In this document: one piece after another, positions 7,960 to 15,980 of the stretch
Layout: each line of letters opens with the position of its first letter
How positions within the stretch are numbered: the stretch's first letter is position 1
Assembly: GCF_003044035.1 (NCBI RefSeq)
Contig: NZ_NVQC01000027.1
Span: 1-24,320 of the forward strand
Reading direction: 5' to 3'
DNA length: 24,320 nucleotides
DNA from: Candidatus Methylomirabilis limnetica
GTDB taxonomy: Bacteria; Methylomirabilota; Methylomirabilia; Methylomirabilales; Methylomirabilaceae
The notes under the pieces: generated by a model
Seen by the model: only the letters and a program-made list of their open reading frames with translations
What the model was told of the DNA's origin: nothing
Databases searched by the model: none
Made by a program: the position numbers and the translations under genes

Positions 7960-9024
7960 CTAGTTGACATGCGGATCGAGTTCGCCCTTGGCGTAGCGGT
8001 GGGCCATATCGTCCAGAGAGATCGAACGGATCTTGCTTGCGTTACCGGCGCTCCCCAACTGTTCATAGCGGTCTTTACAGATTTGCCGCATGGCCTTCGT
8101 GGCCGCCATCAGAAACTTGCGCGGATCAAAGTTCTTTTTGCCTTGCGCCAGATCCTGCCGGATGGCGCCGGTTGCCGCCAGGCGCAGATCGGTATCGATG
8201 TTCACCTTCCGCACCCCATGCTTGATCCCAAGCTGGATCTCTTCGATCGGAACCCCGTAGGTCTGCGGCATGTCGCCACCGAACTCTCTGATGATCTTCA
8301 GCCACTCCTGAGGAACGCTTGAGGAGCCGTGCATGACCAGGTGGGTGTCCGGAATGCGCGCATGGATCTCCTTGACCCGCTCCATCACGAGGACATCGCC
8401 TTCAGGCTTCTTAGAGAATTTATAGGCGCCGTGGCTGGTGCCGATAGCAATAGCGAGGGCATCCACCTTGGTCGCCTTGACGAACTGGGCGGCCTGCTCT
8501 GGATCGGTCAGGAGCTGATCCCGTGAGAGCGTCCCCTCGGCGCCGTGGCTGTCTTCCTTCTCGCCGGTGCCGGTTTCGAGGGACCCCAGGCAGCCGAGCT
8601 CCCCTTCCACCGACACGCCGATCGCGTGGGCAACCTCAGCAATATGGGCCGTTGTCGCGACATTATACTCATACGTTGAAGGGGTCTTACCGTCTGCGAA
8701 GAGTGAGCCGTCCATCATGACGCTGCTGAAGCCGGAGCGAATAGAAGCGATACACACCCCAGGGGATGCGCCGTGATCCTGGTGAATAACCACCGGGATG
8801 TCAGGGTACATCTCAAGCGCCGCCAGGAACAGGTGGCGGAGGAACGGTTCGCTGGCGTACTTGCGCGCGCCGGCGGAGGCCTGCATGATCACAGGACTGT
8901 CCACCTCATGAGCCGCCTCCATGATGGCCTGGATCTGCTCCATGTTGTTCACGTTAAAGGCGGGGACGCCATAACCATACTCGGCGGCGTGGTCGAGTAA
9001 CTGTCGCATCGAAATGAGTGCCAT
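7960..9024 (-). CDS. fba: Class II fructose-1,6-bisphosphate aldolase, Calvin-cycle (CbbA) subtype
   Basis: The N-terminus [30 protein letters not shown], together with [19 protein letters not shown] and a length of 354 aa, matches the CbbA-type class II aldolase. AGGAGG RBS about 5 nt upstream of ATG 9024. Confidence 0.92.
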   Translation of the reverse strand: MALISMRQLLDHAAEYGYGVPAFNVNNMEQIQAIMEAAHEVDSPVIMQASAGARKYASEPFLRHLFLAALEMYPDIPVVIHQDHGASPGVCIASIRSGFSSVMMDGSLFADGKTPSTYEYNVATTAHIAEVAHAIGVSVEGELGCLGSLETGTGEKEDSHGAEGTLSRDQLLTDPEQAAQFVKATKVDALAIAIGTSHGAYKFSKKPEGDVLVMERVKEIHARIPDTHLVMHGSSSVPQEWLKIIREFGGDMPQTYGVPIEEIQLGIKHGVRKVNIDTDLRLAATGAIRQDLAQGKKNFDPRKFLMAATKAMRQICKDRYEQLGSAGNASKIRSISLDDMAHRYAKGELDPHVN

Positions 9025-9061
9025 TCCTTCCTCCTGTGCCTCTCTATGCCCTATGCCCGTC

Positions 9062-10075
9062 CTAAGCCTCGCTACACGACCCGATGGTCCTCACTTTGTC
9101 TATGCAATGTTCTGCCTGAATCGTGCGCCTGGTCCGGCTCTTACCACGCATGACGATCGAGTGGGTCGTCGAGCCGCCGTCCGTGTATCGTACACCTTGC
9201 ATCAGCAGGCCATCAGTAATTCCAGTGGCCGAGAAGAACACGTCATCGCTGGCTACAAGGTCGCACTCGGTGAGAACCCGATCGATATCGATACCGGCAG
9301 CGAGCAGCGCCTCACGTTCTTCGGGTTTCTGAGGGGCCAGTTGGCCCAGCATCGCCCCACCCAGCGCGCGAACAGCACAGGCGGAGATGACGCCTTCCGG
9401 CGTACCGCCGATACCCATCAGAACATCCACCCCGGAGCCTGGCGTAGCAGCCATCAGCGCACCGGCTACGTCGCCATCGGTGCGCGTCAGCACGCGCGCG
9501 CCGGCGGCCCGCACATCGGCGATCAGCCTGCTATGTCGGGGCTTGTCGAGTACGAATACTGTCAGGTCTGCCACGGCTTTATGCTTCGCCTTACCGATGG
9601 CCGCGAGTAACTCAGCCACGGGCAGAGCGAGACTAGCCGAGGAGATAGCCTCCCGCGCCTCACGCCCGACCACCAGTTTATTCATGTAAAAGCCAGGGCC
9701 AGGGGACCACATCGTGCCCCGTGGCGCCACACCGATAACGGCGATCGAATCAGGCCGGCCATGGGCCAGCAGACTGGTACCCTCCACCGGGTCCACCGCT
9801 ATGTCCACGGCTGGTCCTTGGCCGGTTCCAACCGCCTCGCCATTGAAGAGCATCGGCGCCTCGTCTTTCTCGCCTTCGCCGATGACAACCACACCGTCGA
9901 TATCGACCGTCCCGAGCATTGCCCGCATGGCATGAACGGCCGCCTCGTCGCCCGCGTCCTTCTGCCCGCGACCCATCCACCGGCCGGCAGCCAACGCGGC
10001 AGCCTCGGTCACGCGGACCAGATCAAGCGCAAGATCACGCCCCAGACACTCATTCATCGTCAACACGCTGCTCAT
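9062..10075 (-). CDS. glpX: Class II (GlpX-type) fructose-1,6-/sedoheptulose-1,7-bisphosphatase
   Basis: [41 protein letters not shown] and [12 protein letters not shown] motifs. I place the start at ATG 10075 (MSSVLTMNE..), which is preceded by GAGGGGA. The track's ATG at 10105 would put that RBS inside the ORF. Confidence 0.88.
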   Translation of the reverse strand: MSSVLTMNECLGRDLALDLVRVTEAAALAAGRWMGRGQKDAGDEAAVHAMRAMLGTVDIDGVVVIGEGEKDEAPMLFNGEAVGTGQGPAVDIAVDPVEGTSLLAHGRPDSIAVIGVAPRGTMWSPGPGFYMNKLVVGREAREAISSASLALPVAELLAAIGKAKHKAVADLTVFVLDKPRHSRLIADVRAAGARVLTRTDGDVAGALMAATPGSGVDVLMGIGGTPEGVISACAVRALGGAMLGQLAPQKPEEREALLAAGIDIDRVLTECDLVASDDVFFSATGITDGLLMQGVRYTDGGSTTHSIVMRGKSRTRRTIQAEHCIDKVRTIGSCSEA

Positions 10076-10176
10076 AGGTATCCCCTCTATGATGTGAGAA
10101 CTCACCGGAGGCTAGATTAAAACAAAAACGCCATCAGAGGTCAAGAGACCCCAGAAGGCGTAGTGCTATGGCGAGA

Positions 10177-10205
10177 AATATTCCATACACGCTCTGCAAT
10201 GTCAA
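10177..10205 (-). promoter_or_regulatory. Candidate sigma70-type promoter for glpX-fba-rpe
   Basis: The minus strand reads TTGACA (10205-10200), a 17-nt spacer, then AATATT (10182-10177), about 100 nt upstream of the glpX ATG. The -35 is perfect; the -10 matches 4 of 6 positions. Confidence 0.3.
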
Positions 10206-10337
10206 CTCTTTCTCGTGCCCCTTTTCGGCCAGACCAGCGCCGTGGCAACCCTCGCCCTCCCACCAAGACAAAGGGATCAGGAATTTTTCGCCTGGTCTGG
10301 CCCCTTCATCTCATCTAACCGGAGCGGAAGCAACGGG

Positions 10338-10562
10338 CTATCCGATGGTGCCAGCGGCGTCTCTGTAGTGCACATCCACCCAGTAGCGCGGCAGACACTC
10401 GCCAGAGGGAAAGATCAAATCGGACTTGTCAAAGCCGGTGGGATCTTGCATCTCCTCTCCGGCATGGATTCGGCCCTTCACAACTGACTGAAGTGGATCA
10501 AACAGCGCGCAAAGGTCAAGAACCTCTACCAGGTGACCGGCCTGCTTATCTTTCAGAAACAT
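10338..10562 (-). CDS. Small conserved hypothetical protein (74 aa)
   Basis: AAGGAGG RBS 7 nt upstream of ATG 10562. The sequence (MFLKDKQAGHLVEVLDL..GEEMQDPTGFDKSDLIFPSGECLPRYWVDVHYRD) recalls a small conserved family I have seen in other bacteria. No function can be assigned. Confidence 0.6.
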   Translation of the reverse strand: MFLKDKQAGHLVEVLDLCALFDPLQSVVKGRIHAGEEMQDPTGFDKSDLIFPSGECLPRYWVDVHYRDAAGTIG

Positions 10563-10604
10563 TTCAGCTCCTCCTTACATCATTAGCATCATCTGCTGTA
10601 GTGA

Positions 10605-11147
10605 CTAAAAGGGAGTTAGGCCAAACAGCATGCCCAGCCAGACGATGGCCCATATTACAAGAGCAAACACTGCTATCACGGCCACAAAAAGGGCTGGCCT
10701 GTTGAGAAAATGGCGCGACGTCCCGACCGAAACCGAACTGACATACTCAAGACGAACCTCCTGATCAGGTCTAATCCGGCCTTGAAGAGCCTTCGCGAAA
10801 TCATAGGCCTGTTCGCGATGCCACGGCCAGCCCTTCATTATCTCTCGGTTCCCGTCCGTGGTGTTGACAATAACAGTTGGGGTACCCTTGAGGAGGCAGT
10901 AGCCAAACAGGATAAACATAACACCGACAAGAATCAGCATCGTGGGTACCCCAATCAGAATAAGAAGGATCCCATTGCTGAAGCTGCGGGATATTACAAA
11001 TTCTACCGACGCGATATGGCTGAGGGGCGCTTTCTCCTCGCGCCCTTCTGTCAACCAACCTCTATTCGGGTGGTAGACGACCCGTTCGTCTGTGACCGAC
11101 CCGAATATGTTGTCGACGTAGGTCGTTTCCGCTTCCGCCTCGGGCAT
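10605..11147 (-). CDS. Hypothetical membrane protein (180 aa, about 3 TM helices)
   Basis: GGGGAGG RBS about 8 nt upstream of ATG 11147. Hydrophobic helices are ILLILIGVPTMLILVGVMFILFGYCLL and ALFVAVIAVFALVIWAIVWLGMLFG. G+C is lower than in the neighbours (about 48% in a hand-counted 60-nt sample). No family recognised. Confidence 0.65.
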   Translation of the reverse strand: MPEAEAETTYVDNIFGSVTDERVVYHPNRGWLTEGREEKAPLSHIASVEFVISRSFSNGILLILIGVPTMLILVGVMFILFGYCLLKGTPTVIVNTTDGNREIMKGWPWHREQAYDFAKALQGRIRPDQEVRLEYVSSVSVGTSRHFLNRPALFVAVIAVFALVIWAIVWLGMLFGLTPF

Positions 11148-11335
11148 GCCTCAACCTCCCCTCACCCTGACAGGACCAGCGCCACTCTGAGTTAGTAGCG
11201 AATCAATTTTATGCTCGACAAATCGATAGATGTTCGCAAAGAAATCCGATACCAACGGTCGCTACGCTCACATACATATCCCATGTCAGACTACTTCCAC
11301 AGCTAGTGTAGTGTCTCGTAAATAGCTTTACATGT

Positions 11336-11414
11336 CCCGTTCGCCCTGAGCTTGTCGAAGGGTCAATGCTTTCAATGCGTTTCGCCTATGGTTCGACAGG
11401 CTCACCACGAACGG
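11336..11414. repeat. Inverted-repeat element, family 6 (CCGTTCGCCCTGAGCTTGTCGAAGGG ... GGTTCGACAGGCTCACCACGAACGG)
   Basis: The 5' arm (11336-11362) and the reverse complement of the 3' arm (11390-11414) are similar (CCGTTCG..TGAGC.TGTCGAA), with a 27-nt spacer between them. This is the widespread type that would translate as ALSLSKG / FDRLTTNG. It is intergenic. Confidence 0.7.
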
Positions 11415-11577
11415 AATGTTGATGAATTTATGAAATACTACACCAGAGCCCATAGAACCGCCTGACGATTGAGTAGGCTTGTCAGCCTAGCCTGTTCTAA
11501 GACCTTCTACAACTGCTACGATTCTCTAGCCTCTCAGTGGACTTGTCAAGGTCCTGGGTGGCCTATCCTCAGGAAAT

Positions 11578-11667
11578 CCCCCCACCTTCATCCTCCCCCA
11601 CGTGGGGGGGGAGGAGTCCGCGTGAGGTGCCCCTTCCCCCCTTGTGGGGGAAGGTGAGGATGGGGGG
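11578..11667. repeat. G/C-tract double-hairpin repeat, family 1, copy 2
   Basis: The sequence is CCCCCCACCTTCATCC-[TCCCCC acgt GGGGGGG]-AGGAGTCCGCGTGAGGTGCC-[CCTTCCCCCC ttgt GGGGGAAGG]-TGAGGATGGGGGG. It is collinear with 7072..7163. Differences concentrate in the two hairpin loops. It is followed by GCCGTTTCGTGCGCCGTGG. Confidence 0.8.
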
Positions 11668-11718
11668 TGAAGAGGCCGTTTCGTGCGCCGTGGAGCTGAC
11701 CGCTGAAAGCTAATGGCT

Positions 11719-11994
11719 TCATTCTTCGGCGGTTGTGGGATCGATCATCGACCTGATCTCCGACACGCGATTCGCCGGAAAGCCGCCATGGCGGGCGTGC
11801 TCCAGGACCATTTCGACGTTCGGCGCGATGTAGACACAGTAAACCTTCTCATCGGTCACGTAGCTGTGGACCCACTGAATCTGCGGTCCCAGCTTGCCGA
11901 GCACGCCGCACGACTTCTGCGAGATGGCCTGAAGCTCTTTAGCCGAAAGCTGCCCCGCCCCAGGGATGTCACGCTCAATCAGATACTTCGGCAT
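11719..11994 (-). CDS. DUF4242-family small protein (91 aa)
   Basis: MPKYLIERDIPGAG..ELQAISQKSCGVL..IQWVHSYVTDEKVYCVYIAPN..EHARHGGFPANRVSEIRSMIDPTTAE matches the DUF4242 family as I remember it. AAGGAG RBS 7 nt upstream of ATG 11994. The track start at 12000 is a TTG two codons upstream. Confidence 0.8.
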   Translation of the reverse strand: MPKYLIERDIPGAGQLSAKELQAISQKSCGVLGKLGPQIQWVHSYVTDEKVYCVYIAPNVEMVLEHARHGGFPANRVSEIRSMIDPTTAEE

Positions 11995-12038
11995 TGTCAA
12001 TCTCCTTCATAAATAGCCTTCAGCCGTCGGCCTTCAAA

Positions 12039-12073
12039 CGTAGGTCGGGTTAGCGCAGCGTAACCCGACAACT
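12039..12073. repeat. REP-like hairpin, family 2, copy 2
   Basis: CGTAGGTCGGGTTAGCGCAGCGTAACCCGACAACT differs at one base (in the loop) from 7029..7063. It is preceded at 12013-12038 by TAGCCTTCAGCCGTCGGCCTTCAAACG, which resembles the right arm of the family 4 element. Confidence 0.7.
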
Positions 12074-12118
12074 ATCAGCTTCGTAAGTAGTGTCCGCCAC
12101 GACTTTCAGGTGAGTCCG

Positions 12119-13093
12119 TTATTGTTGGATGGCGACGGCGAACGGCATCTTCCCGACGGGGACGGTGGCGATCACCTTCTCGGTCGCGACGTCGATGACC
12201 GAAACCGCGTCGCTGCGACCACACGCAACATAAAGACGCTGCTCGTCCGGCGTAAAGGCCAGATACCAGGCCCGCTGGCCCACGGGGATCTTCTTGGTGA
12301 TGGTCAAGGTGCGGGCATTGATCACATATACGGCATTGGTCCGCCCATGCGCCACATAGAGGCGGCGGCCGTCTCGTGTCACGACCACCCCAACGGGCCG
12401 TTCGCCAACCGGGATGGTCTTGATCACCCGGTGCTTGGCCACATCAATCACCGATAAGACGCCGGGGTCGGCCTGCTCGCTTGTCACGTAGGCATATCTA
12501 CCATTCGGGCTGAAGGCAATTCCACGCGGGTTCTTCGCAACCGGGATGGCGGCCACCACCTTGAGGGCCGAGGTATCGATGACCGAGATGGTGCTAGATG
12601 TCTCGTTGGACACGTAGGCAATCTTTCCATTCGGGCTAATCGCAATCCATTCAGGCTCCACCTGGACCTCAATGGTGGCAATCACCGTACCGGTCTTAGT
12701 GTCCATCACCGTAACCGTTCCGCCGTTCTCGTTCACCGCGTACAGACGAGCCCCGTCAGGACTGAGCGCTACCCCCTCGGGATCCACCCCAGCGGGCCAC
12801 GTCGCCACAACCTTGCCGGCCTCGGCATCAATGACACTGATATCGTCGGAATTACCATTGGCAATGTACACGCGACGTCGGTCCAGCGAGATCGCGATTC
12901 CTCTCGGGCGCTTGCCAACCGGGATCGAGTTGACAACTGTATTGTTTGTGGTGTCGATGACTGAGACATCATCCGATTTCTCATTCGTCGCATAGGCCAT
13001 CGGCCCAGCCGAGGCGGCCGACGAGATATGGGCAAACCACAACAGAAGCGCCATTACAAGAGCCCACCCGCCCCGGCATCGTCCGTCTCGCAT
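12119..13093 (-). CDS. Secreted YVTN-family 7-bladed beta-propeller repeat protein
   Basis: Signal peptide (ALVMALLLWFAHISSAASA). Seven blades of about 42 aa each carry the YVxN..x..VSVID pattern: AYATNEKSDDVSVIDT, VYIANGNSDDISVIDA, LYAVNENGGTVTVMDT, AYVSNETSSTISVIDT, AYVTSEQADPGVLSVIDV, LYVAHGRTNAVYVINA and LYVACGRSDAVSVIDV. GAGGAG RBS 8 nt upstream. Confidence 0.85.
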   Translation of the reverse strand: MRDGRCRGGWALVMALLLWFAHISSAASAGPMAYATNEKSDDVSVIDTTNNTVVNSIPVGKRPRGIAISLDRRRVYIANGNSDDISVIDAEAGKVVATWPAGVDPEGVALSPDGARLYAVNENGGTVTVMDTKTGTVIATIEVQVEPEWIAISPNGKIAYVSNETSSTISVIDTSALKVVAAIPVAKNPRGIAFSPNGRYAYVTSEQADPGVLSVIDVAKHRVIKTIPVGERPVGVVVTRDGRRLYVAHGRTNAVYVINARTLTITKKIPVGQRAWYLAFTPDEQRLYVACGRSDAVSVIDVATEKVIATVPVGKMPFAVAIQQ

Positions 13094-13256
13094 TATGTAT
13101 TCTCCTCATCCCACAATGGATCGTGCGTTTGCCCCACCCAAAATGGATGCAGCAGGCAGCACCCCTTCGTTATTGCGGCAATGTGAGGATTTCCTATCAC
13201 AGATCGGAAGGGATGTCCATCACGAAGGCAGGTCCCAAGAGCAGCAATAGAAAGTT

Positions 13257-13333
13257 GTCATTGCGAACGAAGTGAAGCAATCTCGCATTATTGCACTGGG
13301 ATTGCCGCGCACCCAACGGGCGCTCGCAATGAC
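13257..13333. repeat. Inverted-repeat element, family 3 (GTCATTGCGAACGAAGTGAAGCAATC ... GGGATTGC ... CGCTCGCAATGAC)
   Basis: The outer arms GTCATTGCGAACG (13257-13269) and CGCTCGCAATGAC (13321-13333) are complementary at 12 of 13 positions. The inner arms AAGCAATC / GGATTGC also pair. A half-copy in the opposite orientation lies at 24051..24078. Confidence 0.7.
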
Positions 13334-13450
13334 GGGAAGAATCGAGTGACTGCGAAGTCTATCGCTGTTCTTGAGATAGTCACTCCGCTTAACCATCCCC
13401 TTCCGAATGCGTCGGCAGGGCAGCCCAGGCGTAAGTCCGACATTTCGACG

Positions 13451-13480
13451 TTGCCAGCAGGGTGCGACAGCGACTATAAT
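13451..13480 (+). promoter_or_regulatory. Candidate strong sigma70-type promoter for the peroxiredoxin gene
   Basis: TTGCCA (13451-13456), an 18-nt spacer, then consensus TATAAT (13475-13480). The predicted transcription start is around 13487, immediately before the family 4 repeat, giving a leader of about 180 nt to ATG 13665. Confidence 0.45.
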
Positions 13481-13488
13481 GCATCAAA

Positions 13489-13608
13489 CAGGTAGATAGA
13501 CTGAAGACTAAAGGCTTTTAGGGGCAGGAGACGAGAGGATCGGAAAGGGTTTGATTCGGCCTTGCGAGAGAATGTATAGCCTTCGGCCTTCAACCTAAAC
13601 ACCTGAGT
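13489..13608 (+). repeat. MITE-like / structured repeat, family 4, short copy (120 bp)
   Basis: The left arm CAGGTAGATAGACTGAAGACTAAAGGCTTTTAGGGG and the right arm TTGATTCGGCCTTGCGAGAGAATGTATAGCCTTCGGCCTTCAACCTAAACACCTGAGT match the two ends of 18675..18874 in the same orientation. The arms are imperfect inverted repeats of each other. Confidence 0.65.
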
Positions 13609-13664
13609 CGTGACAATCATCGTATCGATACCATGGAATTAACCCACACAAACACGGAGGAGTG

Positions 13665-14267
13665 ATGAGCGTACTCGTTGGTAAGTTCGCACCCGATTTT
13701 ACTGTAACCGCCGTCATGCCGGATGGCAGCTTCAAAGATAACTTTATGTTGGCCGACTACAAGCACACCAAGTATGTTGTGCTCTTCTTCTATCCCCTCG
13801 ATTTTACCTTCGTCTGCCCTTCAGAGATTATCGCCTTTGACCACCGCGTGGCTGAGTTCAACAAGCGCGGCGTACAGGTTGTCGGTTGCTCCGTAGATTC
13901 ACAGTTCACCCATTCCGCATGGCGCGGCACCCCTGTCAATAAGGGGGGCATCGGTCCGGTCGGCTATCCACTGATAGCTGACCTTAAAAAGGAATTCGCT
14001 TGCGCATACGACGTACTGCTGTCGGGCGGAGTGGCCCTGCGCGGATCCTTCCTGATCGACAAACACGGCATCGTCCAGCACCAGGTTATCAACAACCTGC
14101 CGCTCGGGCGCAATGTGGATGAGATGCTTCGCATGGTGGATGCGCTCCAGTTCCACGAGGCCCATGGAGAGGTCTGCCCAGCCGGATGGACAAAGGGGGC
14201 CAAGGGAATGCAACCTAACGCCGAGGGTGTTGCAAGCTACCTGACCAGCGAGGCTGCAAAGCTGTAA
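13665..14267 (+). CDS. Typical 2-Cys peroxiredoxin (AhpC/Prx1 family)
   Basis: FTFVCPSEI peroxidatic-Cys motif and EVCPAGW resolving-Cys motif, 200 aa. GGAGGA RBS at 13656-13661. I prefer ATG 13665 over the track's GTG 13662. Confidence 0.9.
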   Translation: MSVLVGKFAPDFTVTAVMPDGSFKDNFMLADYKHTKYVVLFFYPLDFTFVCPSEIIAFDHRVAEFNKRGVQVVGCSVDSQFTHSAWRGTPVNKGGIGPVGYPLIADLKKEFACAYDVLLSGGVALRGSFLIDKHGIVQHQVINNLPLGRNVDEMLRMVDALQFHEAHGEVCPAGWTKGAKGMQPNAEGVASYLTSEAAKL

Positions 14268-14411
14268 GGATCATGGTGATTGGGGTGGTCGCGCCATGCA
14301 GGTTAGGATTTCCGCCTGCGCCGGCCACCCTAGACTTCCTTGTGCGACGGTATAACCCTGCCCTTCCTCGTTATTCGGTCGCCACCTACCTGTAAGGTAA
14401 ACCTCAGGCTG

Positions 14412-15878
14412 ATGCGGTACACCGAATTTCATTCCGGCTTTATCTGGGCATCGTTGACAACGGCGATCGTCGCGGGATTTGCGTTCGGCGCCTACCTGGC
14501 TGTGGTCATTGGCTACGGCTTTCCCGTGGGGCAGGGATTCTACTCCCTTATCCAGACACACGGGCATCTGCAACTCGTTGGCTGGGTAGGGCTATTTATC
14601 ATGGGCGTCAGCCTTCATTTCATTCCCCGGCTGGCCAGCTTCCCCATTCCTCACCCCGAACGGATGAACCGGATTCTTTGGTTGATGGCTCCTGGGCTCC
14701 TCCTCCGGGCGGTCGGAGGGACGGTCCTAGCCTACATCGAGGGTAGTCCGATCTTCGTTCCTCTGAGTTGGCTGGTAGTTGCCTCGGGGGTACTGGAAGG
14801 AGGCGCGATTATCCTGTACGTGTCACTCCTAATTGAAACCATACGCGGAAGCGATAAGGCCAGAAGGCTTCCAGCGTTGAGCGCGGTCAAACCGTATTTC
14901 GGCATGATGGCGGTCGGCTGGGTCCTCTATGCGTGTCTCAATCTGTTCTTGGTGCTTCATATGGCGCTGAACAGTACTACTACCGTGGACACCGCCTGGA
15001 ATGAGTTTGCCAATACCACCTTCATGAGTCTCGTGCTCCTGCCTGTGGCCTTCGCCCTTTCGGTTCGCCTCTTTCCGCTGTACCTGGCCTTGCCGGCTCC
15101 GGATTGGCCGGTCTTCGGGACAGGATACGCGTATCTCCTGGCTGTATTCCTGCAAGTGGTCCCCGCGGCGCCTCCCCTGGCAGGACTCGCGCCGGAGGCC
15201 ACCAGGTTGGTTGTCGCCCTGGGAACGCTACTGAAGGGGGGCGTTATCCTCTGGTTCGTGTGGCAACTGGATCTACTCACTCGCCGCCGGCCCCTAGGTC
15301 GCCATGCCCGCTTTCTGGATACTGGGCCGGATCGCCCGCCCACGCGACCGGGCTTACCGGATTATGGAGAGTTTGGCCGATTCGAACGCCTGGTCTACGC
15401 CGCCTACACGTGGCTTGTCCTTGCCGCGTTCGTCGAACTCCTTTGCGGTGCTGCAATCTTGTTAGGCTATTCGATCTCGATCGGCACAGACGCGATCCGT
15501 CATATGTATCTACTCGGCTTCATCACCCACCTCATTTTCGGCGCGTCCGTCCGTATGCTGCCTGGCTTCCTGAGGAAGAAACGTGTGGCCAGTACCTCGT
15601 TAGTTGACACCACCTTTTGGTTGGGCAGTACGGCGGCGGTTTGTCGCGTGGTGCCATTACTTCTGCCATCTTGGCTATTTGACGAGCTTCCTGCTGGCGT
15701 CATGCTTACCCAAACTGCCTTTGCGATCTCAGGATTACTCGGGTGGGGAGCCGTCCTGTGCCTCGCGATGAATTTGCGCCAGACTCAAAGTAATTGCTAT
15801 CAGGAAGCAACTGGACAACGTCCCCCGGCTGGTCGCGGTCCGGGAAATGCCCTGACAGAGGGTTATCGTGAGCGCTGA
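14412..15878 (+). CDS. nnrS: NnrS-like polytopic membrane protein (about 12 TM helices; putative heme/copper NO-response protein)
   Basis: Highly hydrophobic, with about 12 helices. The His-containing motifs THGHLQLVGWVGLFIMGVSLHFIPR (early helix) and IRHMYLLGFITHLIFGASVRMLPGF (late helix) resemble the NnrS H-x-H-E-M-x-F-G-F signature and its pseudo-repeat. It is a clear paralog of the core of 16878..18707 (AHGHAQVFGFAALFIMGVAYHVIPRF / GRHAFTLGFLTQIVVGVAARLIPVF). The start is placed at ATG 14412; the track's 14340 is a TTG with a non-hydrophobic extension. The RBS is weak. Confidence 0.7.
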   Translation: MRYTEFHSGFIWASLTTAIVAGFAFGAYLAVVIGYGFPVGQGFYSLIQTHGHLQLVGWVGLFIMGVSLHFIPRLASFPIPHPERMNRILWLMAPGLLLRAVGGTVLAYIEGSPIFVPLSWLVVASGVLEGGAIILYVSLLIETIRGSDKARRLPALSAVKPYFGMMAVGWVLYACLNLFLVLHMALNSTTTVDTAWNEFANTTFMSLVLLPVAFALSVRLFPLYLALPAPDWPVFGTGYAYLLAVFLQVVPAAPPLAGLAPEATRLVVALGTLLKGGVILWFVWQLDLLTRRRPLGRHARFLDTGPDRPPTRPGLPDYGEFGRFERLVYAAYTWLVLAAFVELLCGAAILLGYSISIGTDAIRHMYLLGFITHLIFGASVRMLPGFLRKKRVASTSLVDTTFWLGSTAAVCRVVPLLLPSWLFDELPAGVMLTQTAFAISGLLGWGAVLCLAMNLRQTQSNCYQEATGQRPPAGRGPGNALTEGYRER

Positions 15879-15980
15879 ACTGGACTTCATTAGTGGTTAT
15901 ATGGAGCGAGTCAACCCTGGCAACCAAGGGGTGTGCGGGGCCACGCGGAGCAGGAGAAGTAAAAGGGAGGTCATAAAAGC

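Noticed and set aside
7639-8322. 227-aa plus-strand ORF spanning the rpe/fba junction
   Set aside because: It overlaps two unambiguous, motif-rich minus-strand genes and shows no motifs of its own.
9014-9610. 198-aa plus-strand ORF, together with other + ORFs inside glpX (9123..9332, 9387..9689, 9714..9935, 9761..10120)
   Set aside because: These are antisense to the GlpX-type bisphosphatase and have Arg/Ser/Thr/Pro-rich shadow-frame composition.
7252-10075. Calling the window evidence for a complete Calvin-Benson cycle
   Set aside because: Only aldolase, bisphosphatase and epimerase are present, and all three also serve gluconeogenesis and the pentose-phosphate pathway. There is no RuBisCO or PRK in the window.
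9062-10105. Longer glpX start at ATG 10105 (ORF track). The same kind of issue applies to TTG 14340 for nnrS, GTG 13662 for prx and TTG 12000 for DUF4242
   Set aside because: In the glpX, prx and DUF4242 cases a downstream ATG has a better-placed Shine-Dalgarno sequence (for glpX the RBS would lie inside the longer ORF). For nnrS the ATG 14412 RBS is weak, and the choice rests on the non-homologous, non-hydrophobic extension that TTG 14340 would add. The shorter starts were used, but they remain unverified.
10226-10302. Long-range inverted repeat GGCCAGACCAGCG ... CGCCTGGTCTGGCC, just 3' of the 74-aa gene on the minus strand, as a possible terminator or attenuator
   Set aside because: The loop is about 50 nt, there is an indel in the stem, and no U-tract follows on the minus strand. 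That is too weak to call.
10710-11195. 161-aa plus-strand ORF
   Set aside because: It is antisense to the membrane-protein gene, which has a good RBS and clear TM helices. No motifs of its own.
11713-12012. 99-aa plus-strand ORF
   Set aside because: It is almost exactly antisense to the DUF4242 gene, which matches a known family and has an AAGGAG RBS.
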